The notes under the pieces are model-generated. The model worked only from the letters and a program-made list of their open reading frames with translations, was not told the DNA's origin and searched no databases. Source: Girardia tigrina (taxonomy: Eukaryota). Taken from it: a stretch of 64,000 nucleotides of DNA. Within the stretch, counting starts at the first letter, position 1. Each line of letters begins with the position of its first letter. Positions 37,459-49,866 of the stretch are shown piece after piece. Made by a program: the position numbers and the translations under genes. The stretch lies in NCBI GenBank assembly GCA_001938485.1, contig MQRK01216436.1:1-64000 (forward strand), in the 5' to 3' direction.

Positions 37459-38100
37459 TGTTACGAAGAGGCTTTCCATTTGTTTAACAAAGGTAGGGGA
37501 ATAGTCTAACTCGACTATTCCCCAGTGCGTTTAAATATGCCCGTCTGACACAGTGACACCACGAACCTTAGAGATTCAGGAGTACCATGTCAAACAGAGC
37601 CGGATTCTTTGGCCCCCTCGTCTGAAAGAGCCTTGAAGAAACCCTGAAAAGAAAGAATTAAGAATTTTAATTAATTAAGTAACTTACCAAAGATGATTCA
37701 GTATGAATCATGGAAATCCACCGTCTGTTAATCTCCGCGGTAGGTCCCGGGCGAATGACAGCGACTTCTTGTATAAACAACTGTCATAATAATAATTTAA
37801 CTTAAGAATAATTTAATTTACTGAATCTGCAGAAGCGATAAACATCGCGAGTGCCTGTAATTTGCGCGCCGACATTCTGTGCATTTCGACCGGTGGGGTG
37901 ACTGCAGTCTGCAACAATTGCAGATGTAGCATCCGTGAATCGCTGATGCCACAGTGACCTCCCCTCTACCCTGCCTCGATGGTAAACCGACACTACACAG
38001 ATTCTAATAAACATGAATTGAATTTGACAGGAAGCCCGACTGTAATTCAGTACTGTAATGTGTACACGTGGACTATACTACACTGTAATACAGCTCGATA
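37459..38100 (+). mobile_element. Family A LTR, U3 fragment
   Basis: TGTTACG start; GGGAATAGTC-N6-GACTATTCCC hairpin shared with 19463; minus-strand intron at 37687-37644. Confidence 0.7.
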
Positions 38101-38236
38101 AATGGAATTCATCAGTGTCACTTAGTTGTTTAATGTTCAAAACAATATTTTGCCGTTTTTCCGCTTAATATTATCAGCCGGTTTATGTAATCAAATGTAG
38201 GCGACCCAATGTGATCACATAAAGCGGCGCCCACTG

Positions 38237-38282
<46 letters not shown>

Positions 38283-38286
38283 CATA

Positions 38287-38691
38287 CAGTTAGGTGCAAA
38301 AGTTTGTGAACGCTTGTTTCTATACTGCTTTTTGTTGTCGCACTGCACGTTTGTGTATTCCTTTTGTCATGCACATAAATTCCCTGCAGGACATGATCAA
38401 AGCAGTGGAAACTATTTGGACTCAAAAAGTGTCACCAGACTATTGTAAAAAATTATGCCTGATCAAATTCGTTCTGTTCTCAAAAATAAGGGTAAACACA
38501 CAAAATACTAAATATACACTGGTTTTTCGTGGTTTATGTGCCAGTTATGACAAGTTTTGATAAATTTGTGTCTTATGTTTTATTTGCGTCTCATAATGTT
38601 CTAATAAAATCTTTGTATTTTGGTGTGCTTTTGTCAATATAATTGTAGTTGGGTTCAAAAGACAATTTAACAACAAGCGTTCACAAACTTT
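38287..38691 (+). mobile_element. Non-autonomous Tc1 derivative in a (TA)n tract
   Basis: TIR AAAAGTTTGTGAACGCTTGTT and its reverse complement; C-terminal remnant ending NKGKHTKY. Confidence 0.8.
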
Positions 38692-39057
38692 ATATATATA
38701 TATATATATATATATAAAACTTTTTCTGATTTCTCTTTATTTCTTTATTAAATAGTAAATTTCCAACAATGTAATTTGCAAACTTCGACGGGTTATCTTC
38801 TAATACCCAATCACACATACCATTACACACACAATCATATACACCAACTGTAGTGATTTCAAAAAAAATTATTTTTTTTAATTGTAAAATTTTGTAAATT
38901 ATAAATATTTAGAATTATTAATTAAAAAATTTTTTTAGCTTAAAATTTTTATGCGCATAAGTGATTGTGAATAAAATGATCGGTAGTGTGGATTCTGGGA
39001 TTAAAAAAAGAACAAAGATTTGTTTTTCTGATGCAATTTGAAATTTGTCGATGGAAA

Positions 39058-39470
39058 ATGAGTAATTTTCCCGGTCTTAGTCGTTACTTGCTCGTGTTCA
39101 TAACATTCGTTATCGTTTGTTGCTCGTATTATGCGTACTTTATCGAAATGTGTATTTTTTGGTCAGAAAATATTGTTCAACCAATTTTTCATATAATAAT
39201 TTATCATTTATTGGTGATTTTTTTCTTGTATTCTTATTTCAAAGCCGTTATTTCTGAAGCGCCACCAGCTCCATTGGAGTTTTATTTAAACTCCGATGAG
39301 CACGCAGTAGTACTGGGTTTGACTGTAGATAAAGTAAATTGGAGAAAGTATTTGGAGGAATTAGCGGCGACGAAGAATCTCAAAATCTATTCTCGCGACA
39401 TCGGAGAGAACGTGAGATTCTGCACGTTTTGCCAACTTATCGAACTTGATCGAGGGCATCACTGCTCGAC
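39058..39470 (+). pseudogene. ZDHHC2/15/20-like palmitoyltransferase, truncated before the DHHC motif
   Basis: SYYAY TM1, TM2, PP.EFYL and RFC..CQLI..DR.HHCS, followed by unrelated repeat sequence; intronless. Confidence 0.8.
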
Positions 39471-39699
39471 TCGCAATAGTTTGATCAACAACCGCGTCCA
39501 TTCAAACTGCATCGCACGTGGGCTAGATGGCGCCCTATTCCGAATAATATTGTGCCATCTGAACTCGGTAATTTAATTTTTGCTGTATGTAATCTTCTCG
39601 ATTCATTTGAGAGTGAAAGTGCCGTGGTTTCAGGTGCTCGTCTGATCGCCGATTTCAGCCTCTCGCCCGTCCCATTTTACCAACATTTTTACTTTTTAA

Positions 39700-40330
39700 T
39701 GTAAAGCACTGATCATCGTGATTCCTCGTTTCCCTGGTCTTTGTCATATACCAGTCTATTATCTTAAAACATTCCTTGCCTCGAGTTTCTTTCATTTGGT
39801 TTTGTATCTTCATAATCGTTGTAATAGCTGCTATAATGCATTTCAGCAATAGGATATCTTTGATTTTAAGATCTATGTTGATTTCGTATGTTGTTTGTCC
39901 TTTTCCTTTGTTTTTTTCGATATCTTGCGTATTTCTTTAAATCTATCCTTCTTCATGTATCATTGTGTTCTGTGACCACTTCTGTTACAATAAGAACACT
40001 TTATATTCTCACTGTTTCTTTTTATGTGTCCTTCTTCGTTGCATTCCCAACATTTTACAATTTTCGAATAGTAATTTTTGGTTTTAATTAATTAATTTTC
40101 TTTAATTACTGTAGCCATTTCCTAAATGTTTGTTGGGTTCGTTCTATATATTGTGGTTTACGATTAACTATTGTTTTCCATTTTCTTTACTTATAGCATT
40201 GTATGCCGCAACAGTTTCTTCCTTTTCCATTTTGCATAGTTCATACATATTTGAAACTACGTCTTCTATGTCCTTATTTTCAGTAGCTTATCTTGATTTT
40301 ACTTCTCTTTATTTGTTTTAATAAATCACA
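39700..40330 (-). pseudogene. Retrotransposon gag remnant with two zinc knuckles
   Basis: KCWECNEEGHIKG and KCSYCNRSGHRT on the minus strand at ~39965-40065. Confidence 0.7.
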
Positions 40331-41065
40331 GTTAAATTTTTTTTCATCAAAATAAAAATATGTATATATTTTTTTGTGCACACAGTGTTGAAATTTCAAA
40401 TAATGTTTCCAAAAAAAATTAAAAAAAACAATGATGATTTGAACGGCTAACAAATGCCAATGGTCAATTTGTTTTAATGGTGTAATTTGTAAATAAAACA
40501 AATACAAAAATTTTGAATATAAACATTTTTTAATCTTAATCAACTACACAATATTCATTGTCGACAAAAATAATTTCGATTTTGATCCTGCAAATCGGTA
40601 ATTTTGGTGAGGATGGTCGGTATACGTTCTAACTCAATCAACGACCGAACCATTTCAAATTGCATCGCACGTGGGCGAGATGGCGGCCCGATACTGCTTG
40701 ATGATGCGCCTGTTACTCTGTTATCAATGATTATTATTATTATTATTAGCAATAATCATTGATAACAGAGTGGGTGGCGCAGTGGTGTAACTGCGGCGGA
40801 TTGGTGACGGTTGCGACTCTATTGACAGAGGGGAAGAACAAAATAATATCTCACCCAGAAAGAGAGGAAATAAATAGTCATTTTTTGATTTTTAAGGTCA
40901 TCAAATTCCGTGCCCTACTAACAACTTTTTTATAGTAATGGGATAATTTTAGTTCAAAATATTCGTTTTTTTAATATAGCTAATATATTTGATTATGAAT
41001 ATTTATATATTCGAAATTAATTCAATATATTAAGTAATCAATAAATAATCGATATTTCATAATTG

Positions 41066-42517
41066 TGTTACGTTCCACATTTTGTACATCAAACCTAGAC
41101 GCCTTTCACCCATTACATTATCCCGCGCGCATGAAAGTTTGTCAGAGTTGTGGGGATAGTCAAACTCGAATATCAATTTGGCTGAACCAGTACTCATTCC
41201 CAAGGATCCCTCATTTTATTCTTCGTCCAGCGCACATGGAATCATTTAAAACTAACCGGTTAGTTTTAAATGATTCCATGTGCACTGGACGAAGAATAAA
41301 GTGAGGGATCCTTGGGAATGAGTACTGGTTCAGCCAAAACCTTGTAGAAATCCTAAAAAGAGAAACCGAGAAAATTAATTAAGAGTTTTCGATTAATTAA
41401 AATTATTACCCTGATGATTCAGTCTGAACCACAGCATCCTCCAACTGTCTGTTTCTGCGGTAGGTCGGCAGTAGCTAAAACAACGATAAACAGTCAGAAC
41501 GAAAAACCCGAACGCTTACCTCAGATAGAAGTTGACACACTGTGCATTCACAGGCTGGGTCCATTGATAAACAAGCCGGTTTTCGCCGATCGCAGTAGTC
41601 AGGACCGCAGGACAGGTAACATAAACATAGTTCTGAAAATCAAAAATTTACAAAACGAAGATTAAAAATAATAACCTTTCTCCTCGCAATCTGACGTAGA
41701 TCGACAGTTGTTTATCTGTCGATTCGGTTTGACAGGATGTCGCGACATCCTTTGTTGCAGTCAGTCTCGCAGTAATCGGCATACAGAATGCAGAACCAAC
41801 GAGTTTATGTGTATCCGATAGGGGTATAAATACCCGAGGATGTTGTGCTCAATTTGCGAGAAAGTTGATTAATTCACGCAAGCACAAGCGCACACTCAAT
41901 TTTATAACTTTGATAATTACGCCAACAACAACAATAACTTAATTTTTATAACGTAAATAACGTAATTCATAGAAGAGAATAAATTTAAAGAGACAATTTT
42001 AATTAACGACGATAAATCTCGAAAGAAGATTTTCACTGCTACGATTACGATATTTATTGGAATGGAGAAAATATTAGAAAAGGTATCACCCTTGTTTGAA
42101 TTGAGTGGTTATATTTCATTTAATGTTAATTCGCGCATTTTTATAATTGTATCTTTGATCATTAATTTAATAGAATATTTTGCGTTACATCTTTATTATT
42201 TATGCACATCCTTAATGTCGTTCTAATATATATTCAGTTTATTTTGATTTTTATTATCTGATTTAGCCAGTTTAATTATTTTGATTCGGATTCTATTAAA
42301 TAAATTAAATAAATATTTCATTACAATTGAACATTTCACTCCTTTTGATTATTTAATTTGGTTATCAATTTCGACTGGAAATAAATATCGGTTTTCTTTT
42401 ATTGAGTTTTCGAGTCATGTAGAGGGAGATGGAATTAGAGCGAGAGAATAGACGACGGTGGTTCGCTTCCGTACCCAAGAGATCCAGAGTGGGGTTCTTG
42501 GATACCGATGCGTAACA
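41066..42517 (+). mobile_element. Family A-related LTR
   Basis: TGTTACG...CGTAACA termini; degenerate GGGGATAGTCAAACTCGA hairpin; minus-strand splice signals; TATAAATA at 41825; no TSD found. Confidence 0.6.
41177..41338. repeat. 162-bp spacerless palindrome (81-bp arms, 2 mismatches)
   Basis: Centre AACC|GGTT at 41257/41258; arms read directly. Confidence 0.95.
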
Positions 42518-42951
42518 GGGCCGTATGGGCAAACAGGAGATGATTTATTCTAAATACCCTTTATTTAATTTAGAAGTAGATTGTAATTCATTTATAGTAA
42601 ATAACTATGATCAATTTTGAAGTAATATTCGTAATTTAATTTAATAATTATTAACTGTAATTTTTTATGAAATTAAAGAACTTTCTTTTAGTCAATTTTC
42701 TTTTTTTTGTCAGTGAGCAATAGTGCCCGGTTTTTACATAAATAAATTCGCCGCATGCATCAACTTATACGATCGTAATTAATGTAATTGATATTTGATA
42801 ATAAAAAATGTAATTAATTATGTACTTCACTTATCCATTAGTAAATGTAATTGAGTTTATACTATTGAAATTCTTTGAAATAATCTATTGCATATTATTA
42901 TTATTATTTTATTAAAAAAAATAAAAAAAGTAAAAAAATACATATTATTTA

Positions 42952-43955
42952 TGTAACGATGCAAGATGTGGCGATATTAAGTGTTGCGATGGACATGTTA
43001 AGTTCTAATGTGTGCCATTAAACCCCCACAGATACAAAACAATAAATAAGCAATAAGCAAAGCATTAACAAACGAGCTGTAGAGTAAGACGAAACCGCGT
43101 TTGAAAAGGTTTATTACGAAGACATCACATGGTCGTGAAGTTTTATTATCATCACAGACTGTCGAAGTTCTCTCCAAGAGCCGCAGCTAACTGAAAACCA
43201 AATACGATAACCTAGAGCCCCGAAAAAATAATGACGACTTTCAAAAGAGTCAGAGAAAGAATTGTCAGATACCGACACTGTAGAAAGTCCCCTCGAAGTT
43301 GTCTGCCACCGCCACTCCTTCATAATCCTTCCCATAAAGCCTTGAAAAGCTCTTTTACGGTCCTATAAAATAAATGAAAAATTAAAAAAATCCATAATTA
43401 ATTATTAAAAATTAATTATAGAAAAGTCCAAAATAGAACTGCGACATGAATCTCATGCTGATCTTCGAACATCCGCGTCGGTCTGTTGTAAACATAATGA
43501 TGATTATCTAGAAATGAATAAACAAAACATCAACTTACCAGGAAAGACGCACAACGACAGACGGCATAAACAGACGCGAATAAATACCGCCAAGCAATCG
43601 GTTGCGTGGAGTCTTCTGTAACTATGTAAGCGTCGAGAGACGAGGATGACTGCACTAGGAGATAAACAGTTCGCCAGACATCATCCACGTACCGCGCATA
43701 AAAACTGAGAACGACAGCTGTTTAGAAATTGTTTCCCCAGAAACGAATAAACATACCAAAATGAAACCGACATTACACATCACTCACCGTATGCTGTTTC
43801 AGAAATGTGAGTGACAGACCATTTGTATAAACAAAATCATGTTTTCGCAGTCGGTTATCCACTCTGTCACAGGTAATGGCTATAAAAATTAATAATAGTC
43901 AACCAATCGTGTAGGTGTTATGGCAAACCCGATAATCCTGGACTGACCATTGGCG

Positions 43956-43957
<2 letters not shown>
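42952..43957 (+). mobile_element. Family A-related LTR, U3 fragment, cut by (TA)n and hATm
   Basis: TGTAACGAT start; minus-strand acceptor at 43363 followed by DRKRAFQGFMGR; TATAAAA near 43881. Confidence 0.6.
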
Positions 43958-43998
<41 letters not shown>

Positions 43999-44614
43999 GG
44001 TGCATCAAACCCCCTCATAGTTGAGAATTCTATTGTACCTATTCTAATTTTTTAGTAATCATGTAAAAATGTTTCACGTGAAATTTCAGCAAAATTAAAC
44101 ATTGTTTAGGGGGTCCACAGTACAAGTCCAGAATTACATGTAACGTAAAAAAAGTGCGTTTTTTTCAAAATATTGAATATTTTAAGGGCTAATTTTAAAA
44201 CAGTCTAAAATTAGTATTGGTGTACCATAATCAAATTAAAACAGTTTTTCTACATATAAATTTTCTNNNNNNNNNNNNNNNNNNNNNNNNNNNNNNNNNN
44301 NNNNNNNNNNNNNNNNNNNNNNNNNNNNNNNNNNNNNNNNNNNNNNNNNNNNNNNNNNNNNNNNNNNNNNNNNNNNNNNNNNNNNNNNNNNNNNNNNNNN
44401 NNNNNNNNNNNNNNNNNNNNNNNNNNNNNNNNNNNNNNNNNNNNNNNNNNNNNNNNNNNNNNNNNNNNNNNNNNNNNNNNNNNNNNNNNNNNNNNNNNNN
44501 NNNNNNNNNNNNNNNNNNNNNNNNNNNNNNNNNNNNNNNNNNNNNNNNNNNNNNNNNNNNNNNNNNNNNNNNNNNNNNNNNNNNNNNNNNNNNNNNNNNN
44601 NNNNNNNNNNNNNN

Positions 44615-46807
44615 CCCCCCACCTAGCGGAGCGTCGCTCGGGGATGATTTTACTCCAAATTGATTTCTAAGCCTTAGTGTTATGTACATTGTGTAGTGGG
44701 AACTTACGGCGTTGTTGTGTACGTTTATAACTTGTTGCATTTGTCTGTTTATGACGACTTACGGCACTGGATGTGTTGTGTGTTATTAACTTGCGGCATC
44801 GTGTATATCAATGAAGCATTGTCTTAGAGTGCAGCGCATAGGAGCGATCCTGAATGACCGTCATATTATCGGGGAATCAACAGCAGCTTCAATCAATTTT
44901 ACTCCGAATCTATCGCTTTATCAGTCGATTTACCTACTGGGTCGCATTTATTATGAATCTGTACTTTACTCAATTCATAAACTTCTTATATTTTTTAGGC
45001 TTAGTTATTAGATTCGTACCCGTTTCAATAAGAAAATTAAATAGCTAAGAACGTATATAACTAAATCGATATCACTTATCTTACTTAATTGGCTATCGGA
45101 AAATTATTACAAATTGATCGTTTTTCTCATTCTGGATTATGAATTTGAGACGACTCACTATTGCTTTATATTATACGATCTCATTCAGTGTTGCTTCTAT
45201 TCTTAATCGTTTGGTCGATAATAATAAAAAAAATCGGATATTACCTATAACTTAACAAAAAATTCACCCAAATTTCCTGACGTATCTTTCATATAAAGAA
45301 AATATTCAAATGAATAATCAATCTAGATCATAGAAAATTTTAGTGAAACTCGCGAGTCCAAAGAAAATGTTCAAATTAACAATCTACATCATAAGAATAC
45401 CAATAAAATTAATAACTACTATAAATCATAAAAATTTCAGTAAGATTAATAACTAATATAAATCATAAGAATTTTAGTAAGATTAATAATTAATATAAAT
45501 CATAAAAAATTTTAGTAAGATTAATAATTCGCAAAAATCCCAATAAAATTATATTTGTTTTAGTAAATCAATTAGGTGTATTTTTTCTGTCAACAAAACA
45601 AATCGTATGTTCACAGATTGATCACCCTACGTATGTCAGTATTCTCGGTTAGCGCGTTCGGTAAGCGCGTACGGACGGCCCCACCCCGTTAATGTGCGGG
45701 TCGACGTGATGACCGGCCTCGAATTCAGGTCGGATATCGACCGGGTGTCGATGATTATAGGAAGTAATAATTCTTCGTCGCTCACTTGCGGGACCGCTAT
45801 CCAAAACGAGACTTGGGCCATTGAGGGAGCAACGACGGGGACGACGGTCGTTCAATAGGAAATTCTAAACGTAAGTTATGTCGTAATTCTACCTAAAAAT
45901 CAATTTGTTTGTCCCGGTATATCATTATGCAGAATTAAATATGAACAACTATGAGTTAAAATCGAAACAGTGTATAAATATATATTCAAATACTACATAA
46001 ACAAAATTACGTTTCTCTAAATCTGCTACTGACGTATCGGTTNTCCGGAGGAATATTAAAATCGTTGTTTAGTGTTGAGTTGTGGCGTTTTTTTGTTGCG
46101 TTGTTTAAGTGTTGAATGTTTTTTGTGAGTACTTTTGAATGTCATTTCCTTTTATAGGCCTACAGGGACTCACTGGTCCTAAACTTCTCCAATCGGTTCT
46201 TTGTCTAGGATTTTCTGGAATTTTGATTGGGTGGACTTTCAGGTGTGTTCTTCTAAATTTTTAAAAATTTTAATTCAATTCTTTTTATTATAGGATTTGG
46301 CGACTGTGTGTCGGCTCACACACAGCCACGACGAGACTCCGTGTGCGGCCATATGAAGTCGCCGAGTTATTTTTAGATTGTGAGCTGAATCATGTGAGTT
46401 TTTTAATTAATTTCTTTGTTCTCATTAATTAATTTCTTTCAACTTTATAGGGTCATATCTCCGCTGAGGAAGACCGCAATGATTTGCGATCGAGCTCAAT
46501 TTCCCGACCATGTCAAGACCTTCCGCTGAAGGGTCGGCTGGCCCCGAAAGTCCAACGGATTGCCCTACAGGTAACTTATGATTTTTTGTGTCTGGTTTGA
46601 TTTAATTTATTTCTCGTTTTCAGCCCCCAGCCTCCGATCCTTCCGCGGGGTGCACTACGTCTCCAACACTTTGTATGATATATGTGTATTTGTTAATATA
46701 TGTATTTCTTCTTCATGCGTTTTCTTGCTTAATTAAATTTTTTTTTTGTAATTAATTTATATTCATATATAAATATTTGTCTGGTAAAGCGGGTATCGAC
46801 CGTAACA
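44615..46807 (-). mobile_element. Family A LTR (minus orientation) inserted in hATm; left end lies in a gap
   Basis: Minus-strand start TGTTACGGTCGATAC; minus-strand TATAAAAG at ~46156; ATTGCCCT(A)CAG|GT junction shared with 19655. Confidence 0.75.
46139..46755 (+). CDS. Predicted antisense spliced ORF in family A U3 (151 aa; exons 46139-46242, 46294-46393, 46451-46570, 46624-46755)
   Basis: Three GT-AG introns (51, 57 and 53 nt); open from ATG to TAA; hydrophobic segments at both ends. Confidence 0.55.
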
Positions 46808-49800
46808 AATATATATTATATAGTGACCTGTTTTTTGTATTTTTTAATAGAGAAATTAATGAACAACAGCAATTCATCCACACGACAAAGACGCTAAATT
46901 TATGGACTAGGCAGTGGAATCTGTGAAGATGATGCTGAGATTCGTTGTTCTAAGTTGCCTTCGAATCGACAGATAATAAGATGCACAATGCGGCACATAC
47001 AAAACCCTGAGAATTCCAACCAAACAAAGTGGCAGTCTGGCAATTTGGTGTTGCAAAAAATTATTCCATTCTACCAAAAGGCTAATTTGCCTATAATATC
47101 AGACAAAAAATGTATTGAAAAAATATTAAAACTTATTGCAGATAATGNAAAAATGANAGAAATTNCAATGGAAAGAAGAAAAATGCCAAATGCGATGAAA
47201 AAAGTTGAAGTTATGAATAATTACTTGGAAAAGACATTCTGCTTATGGCCAGCTGCTATTACACTAAAAAATCAGGAAGATATGGCATTTCTGAACTCGA
47301 TGAAAACTGACAGAATCGTTACTTTTGGTTCACATGATAAAACTTTCAGTGATAAAATAAACAGAACGACAGAACGTAAAGAGCAAGAGATAAAAAGAAG
47401 GAAAAAACATTTAGCAACACATGAAAGTTTTAGTAATAAAACACTGGACCACATTGAAATTGATTCCAATTCCTCAACAACAAGTTATGAAAATGATCAA
47501 TTATTGGAGCAAAATGATTCTGTACAATCTCACCATCATCATAGATCAAGAACTGGAACGCATGTTTTCATACCTCACGATATCTTAAAACGGGAAAAGG
47601 TGGTATCTATTGCAACAAGTCTTCAAATTACACCCACTCAGCAATCTGCTTTTGTCAATGCATTGATAGAAGAATCAGGTGGAGTTTTGGCACAGTTGTC
47701 CACATCATATTCAACTGCTGATCGATCAAGGAGAAGCAGTACTAAAACGTTGGCTGACAATATCAAAGAAACATGGAAAAGTCCTTCATTAGCAATTGGG
47801 ATTCCAAGTCAGTTTCATCTTTATGCAATAAATATGAAAGTGAGGAGAGATTAGCAGTTCTGGTTGGCAATCAAAATGAAACAAAGCTGCTTGGAACACC
47901 ATCATATAAAACTGGAACAGATCAATCAGCTGGTGACATAGTATCCTCTCTTACAGTCAACTTATTACATTCTTGGCGTTGCACAGAAAACATTGTAAAT
48001 ATGACTTTTGACACCACTGCTTCAAACACTGGGCACATCAGTGCAGCCTGCATCAGTATACAAACCAAGCTTGACAAAGCCTTATTGTGGTCAGGATGTC
48101 GTCATCATATTGGTGAGGTTATATTGAGCCATGTGTTCAGTGCTTTACAAATTGAAAACTCCAAATCACCAGACATTTCTGTGTTTACTAGATTTCGTCA
48201 CTTCTTTTCTAGTATTCCTCACAGCAATATTGATGTCAATAATTTATCATGCTCTGATTACAGTGAACTAAATACTGATGCCAACACTTTTTTGTCGTCC
48301 TTGAGACATTCCTTTCAACAGCTCAATTTATGTTCGCAGAAACAAGTAAGAGATAATTATGAGGAGTTACAGGATTTGAGAAATATATTTTTGGATACAA
48401 ATGATTCATTAAAGAAAATTACATTCAAGAAGCCCGGTGCCTTGCATAAAGCACGCTGGATGGCCAAAATTATCTATTCAATAAAAATGTGCTTGCTACA
48501 GAAAGAAATACTCAATGTGCCTTCAAATCCAATTACTAATTCACATGTTATGGTGAAATTGCAACAATTTTCTACTTTTGTTTCTCATGTATATTGCAGC
48601 TGGTGGTTAAGTTGCTCATCTGCTGTAGATGCCCCGTGGAATGATCTGATGTTTTTAAAAAATTTGAAGAAGTACAAATGCGTCAACAAACTATTATCAA
48701 ATGTTGCAGTCAAAGCATTCAGTCGACATCTATGGTATCTGACATCTGAAATGGTTCCACTCGCGTTATTCAGTTGAAAAACACCAGCACATACTCGCCA
48801 AAATCTAGCACACCAAATCTTGATTAACAAGCCCCATGATGTTCAAATTTGTCAACCAAAATATCGTTTTGGTACAGGATATGGCAAGCCAAAGTTTCCT
48901 GATGTATATGATGCATGTAATCTTGAAGATTTGGTTGGAAGCGATGCTTGGTTCACAATTAAATTGCTGAAGATTGACTCAGCTTTCATGGAATTGGATA
49001 CAAATGAATGGGATAAATCAGATGCATATAATTTGTCAGCTCAAAATATACAATCAATTTCTGTGGTCAATGATACTGCCGAACGCGGAGTGAAATTGAG
49101 CTGTGATTTTGTTGGAACGTCCAGAAGCGAGCATCAATACCAAAATGTGTTACAAGTAGTGGAAGATAACAGAAAACAGTATCCCAATTTGAGAAGAAAA
49201 TTTGAGGTCAATAACGTTAAGGATAGCAATGATATCCATCTCCAGAAGACTAAAACTGCAAAATTGGCACCTGAATCTCCTTTACTGTCAATTGTGAATC
49301 CACAAGACTGGGTGGCTGTTATATACAATGATTGTGTTAATGATCAGTTACATGAGAGAAATATGTGAGAATAAGTAAGTACTTAGTACATAAACATTAA
49401 ACATACCTAATATAAATCTATCTATGTTTTTTTAGTTTTCAGTGGCCCACTTCTAGAGATAATGACAGCATTGAAATGTCCACAATTTTGACTAAAACAA
49501 TTGCACCAGAACTAATGTCTGGCTCATCTTCCTCTTTTCGCTGCCCGAAATATCAGCTTGCTATAGAAGAATACAACCGAATAAAAACATTGAAGATCAT
49601 TTACAAATTCTAAAAAGCGTGAGACATTATCTTCACCTTTAAATATAAGCATGTTTTTGAGACGTATGATGTAATAGTTTTTCAACTATATAAATAGCAA
49701 TTAATCACTTTATTTCATTGCACTGAAGATGCCGAAATGGTGAAACGCGTTTGTATTGGGAATAANNNNNNNNNNNNNNNNNNNNNNNNNNNNNNNNNNN

Positions 49801-49821
49801 NNNNNNNNNNNNNNNCTTTTC

Positions 49822-49866
<45 letters not shown>

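Larger units (their letters stand above)
43996..49700 (+). mobile_element. hATm-type DNA transposon; transposase pseudogene ~46859-49368
   Basis: TAGGGTG terminus; FDTTASNTG, CRHH, PGALHKARWMAK, HLWYL and VVNDTAERGVKL motifs; frameshift at ~47790 and stop at 48775. Right end approximate. Confidence 0.85.

Noticed and set aside
38130-38560. ORFs with YIYIYI runs (also 49705-50024 and 56288-56537)
   Set aside because: Translations of (TA)n microsatellites and N gaps.
41412-41440. CTGATGA followed by a small hairpin, a possible second hammerhead
   Set aside because: No GAAA after stem II and no stem I/III. The sequence is better explained as the reverse complement of an exon end and splice donor.
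44217-44740. Long ORFs spanning N runs (also 35150-35383)
   Set aside because: Artefacts of assembly gaps.
45636-45855. Short ORFs in a CpG-rich patch of the LTR
   Set aside because: No homologous peptide was found in other copies, and short ORFs are expected by chance at this GC content.
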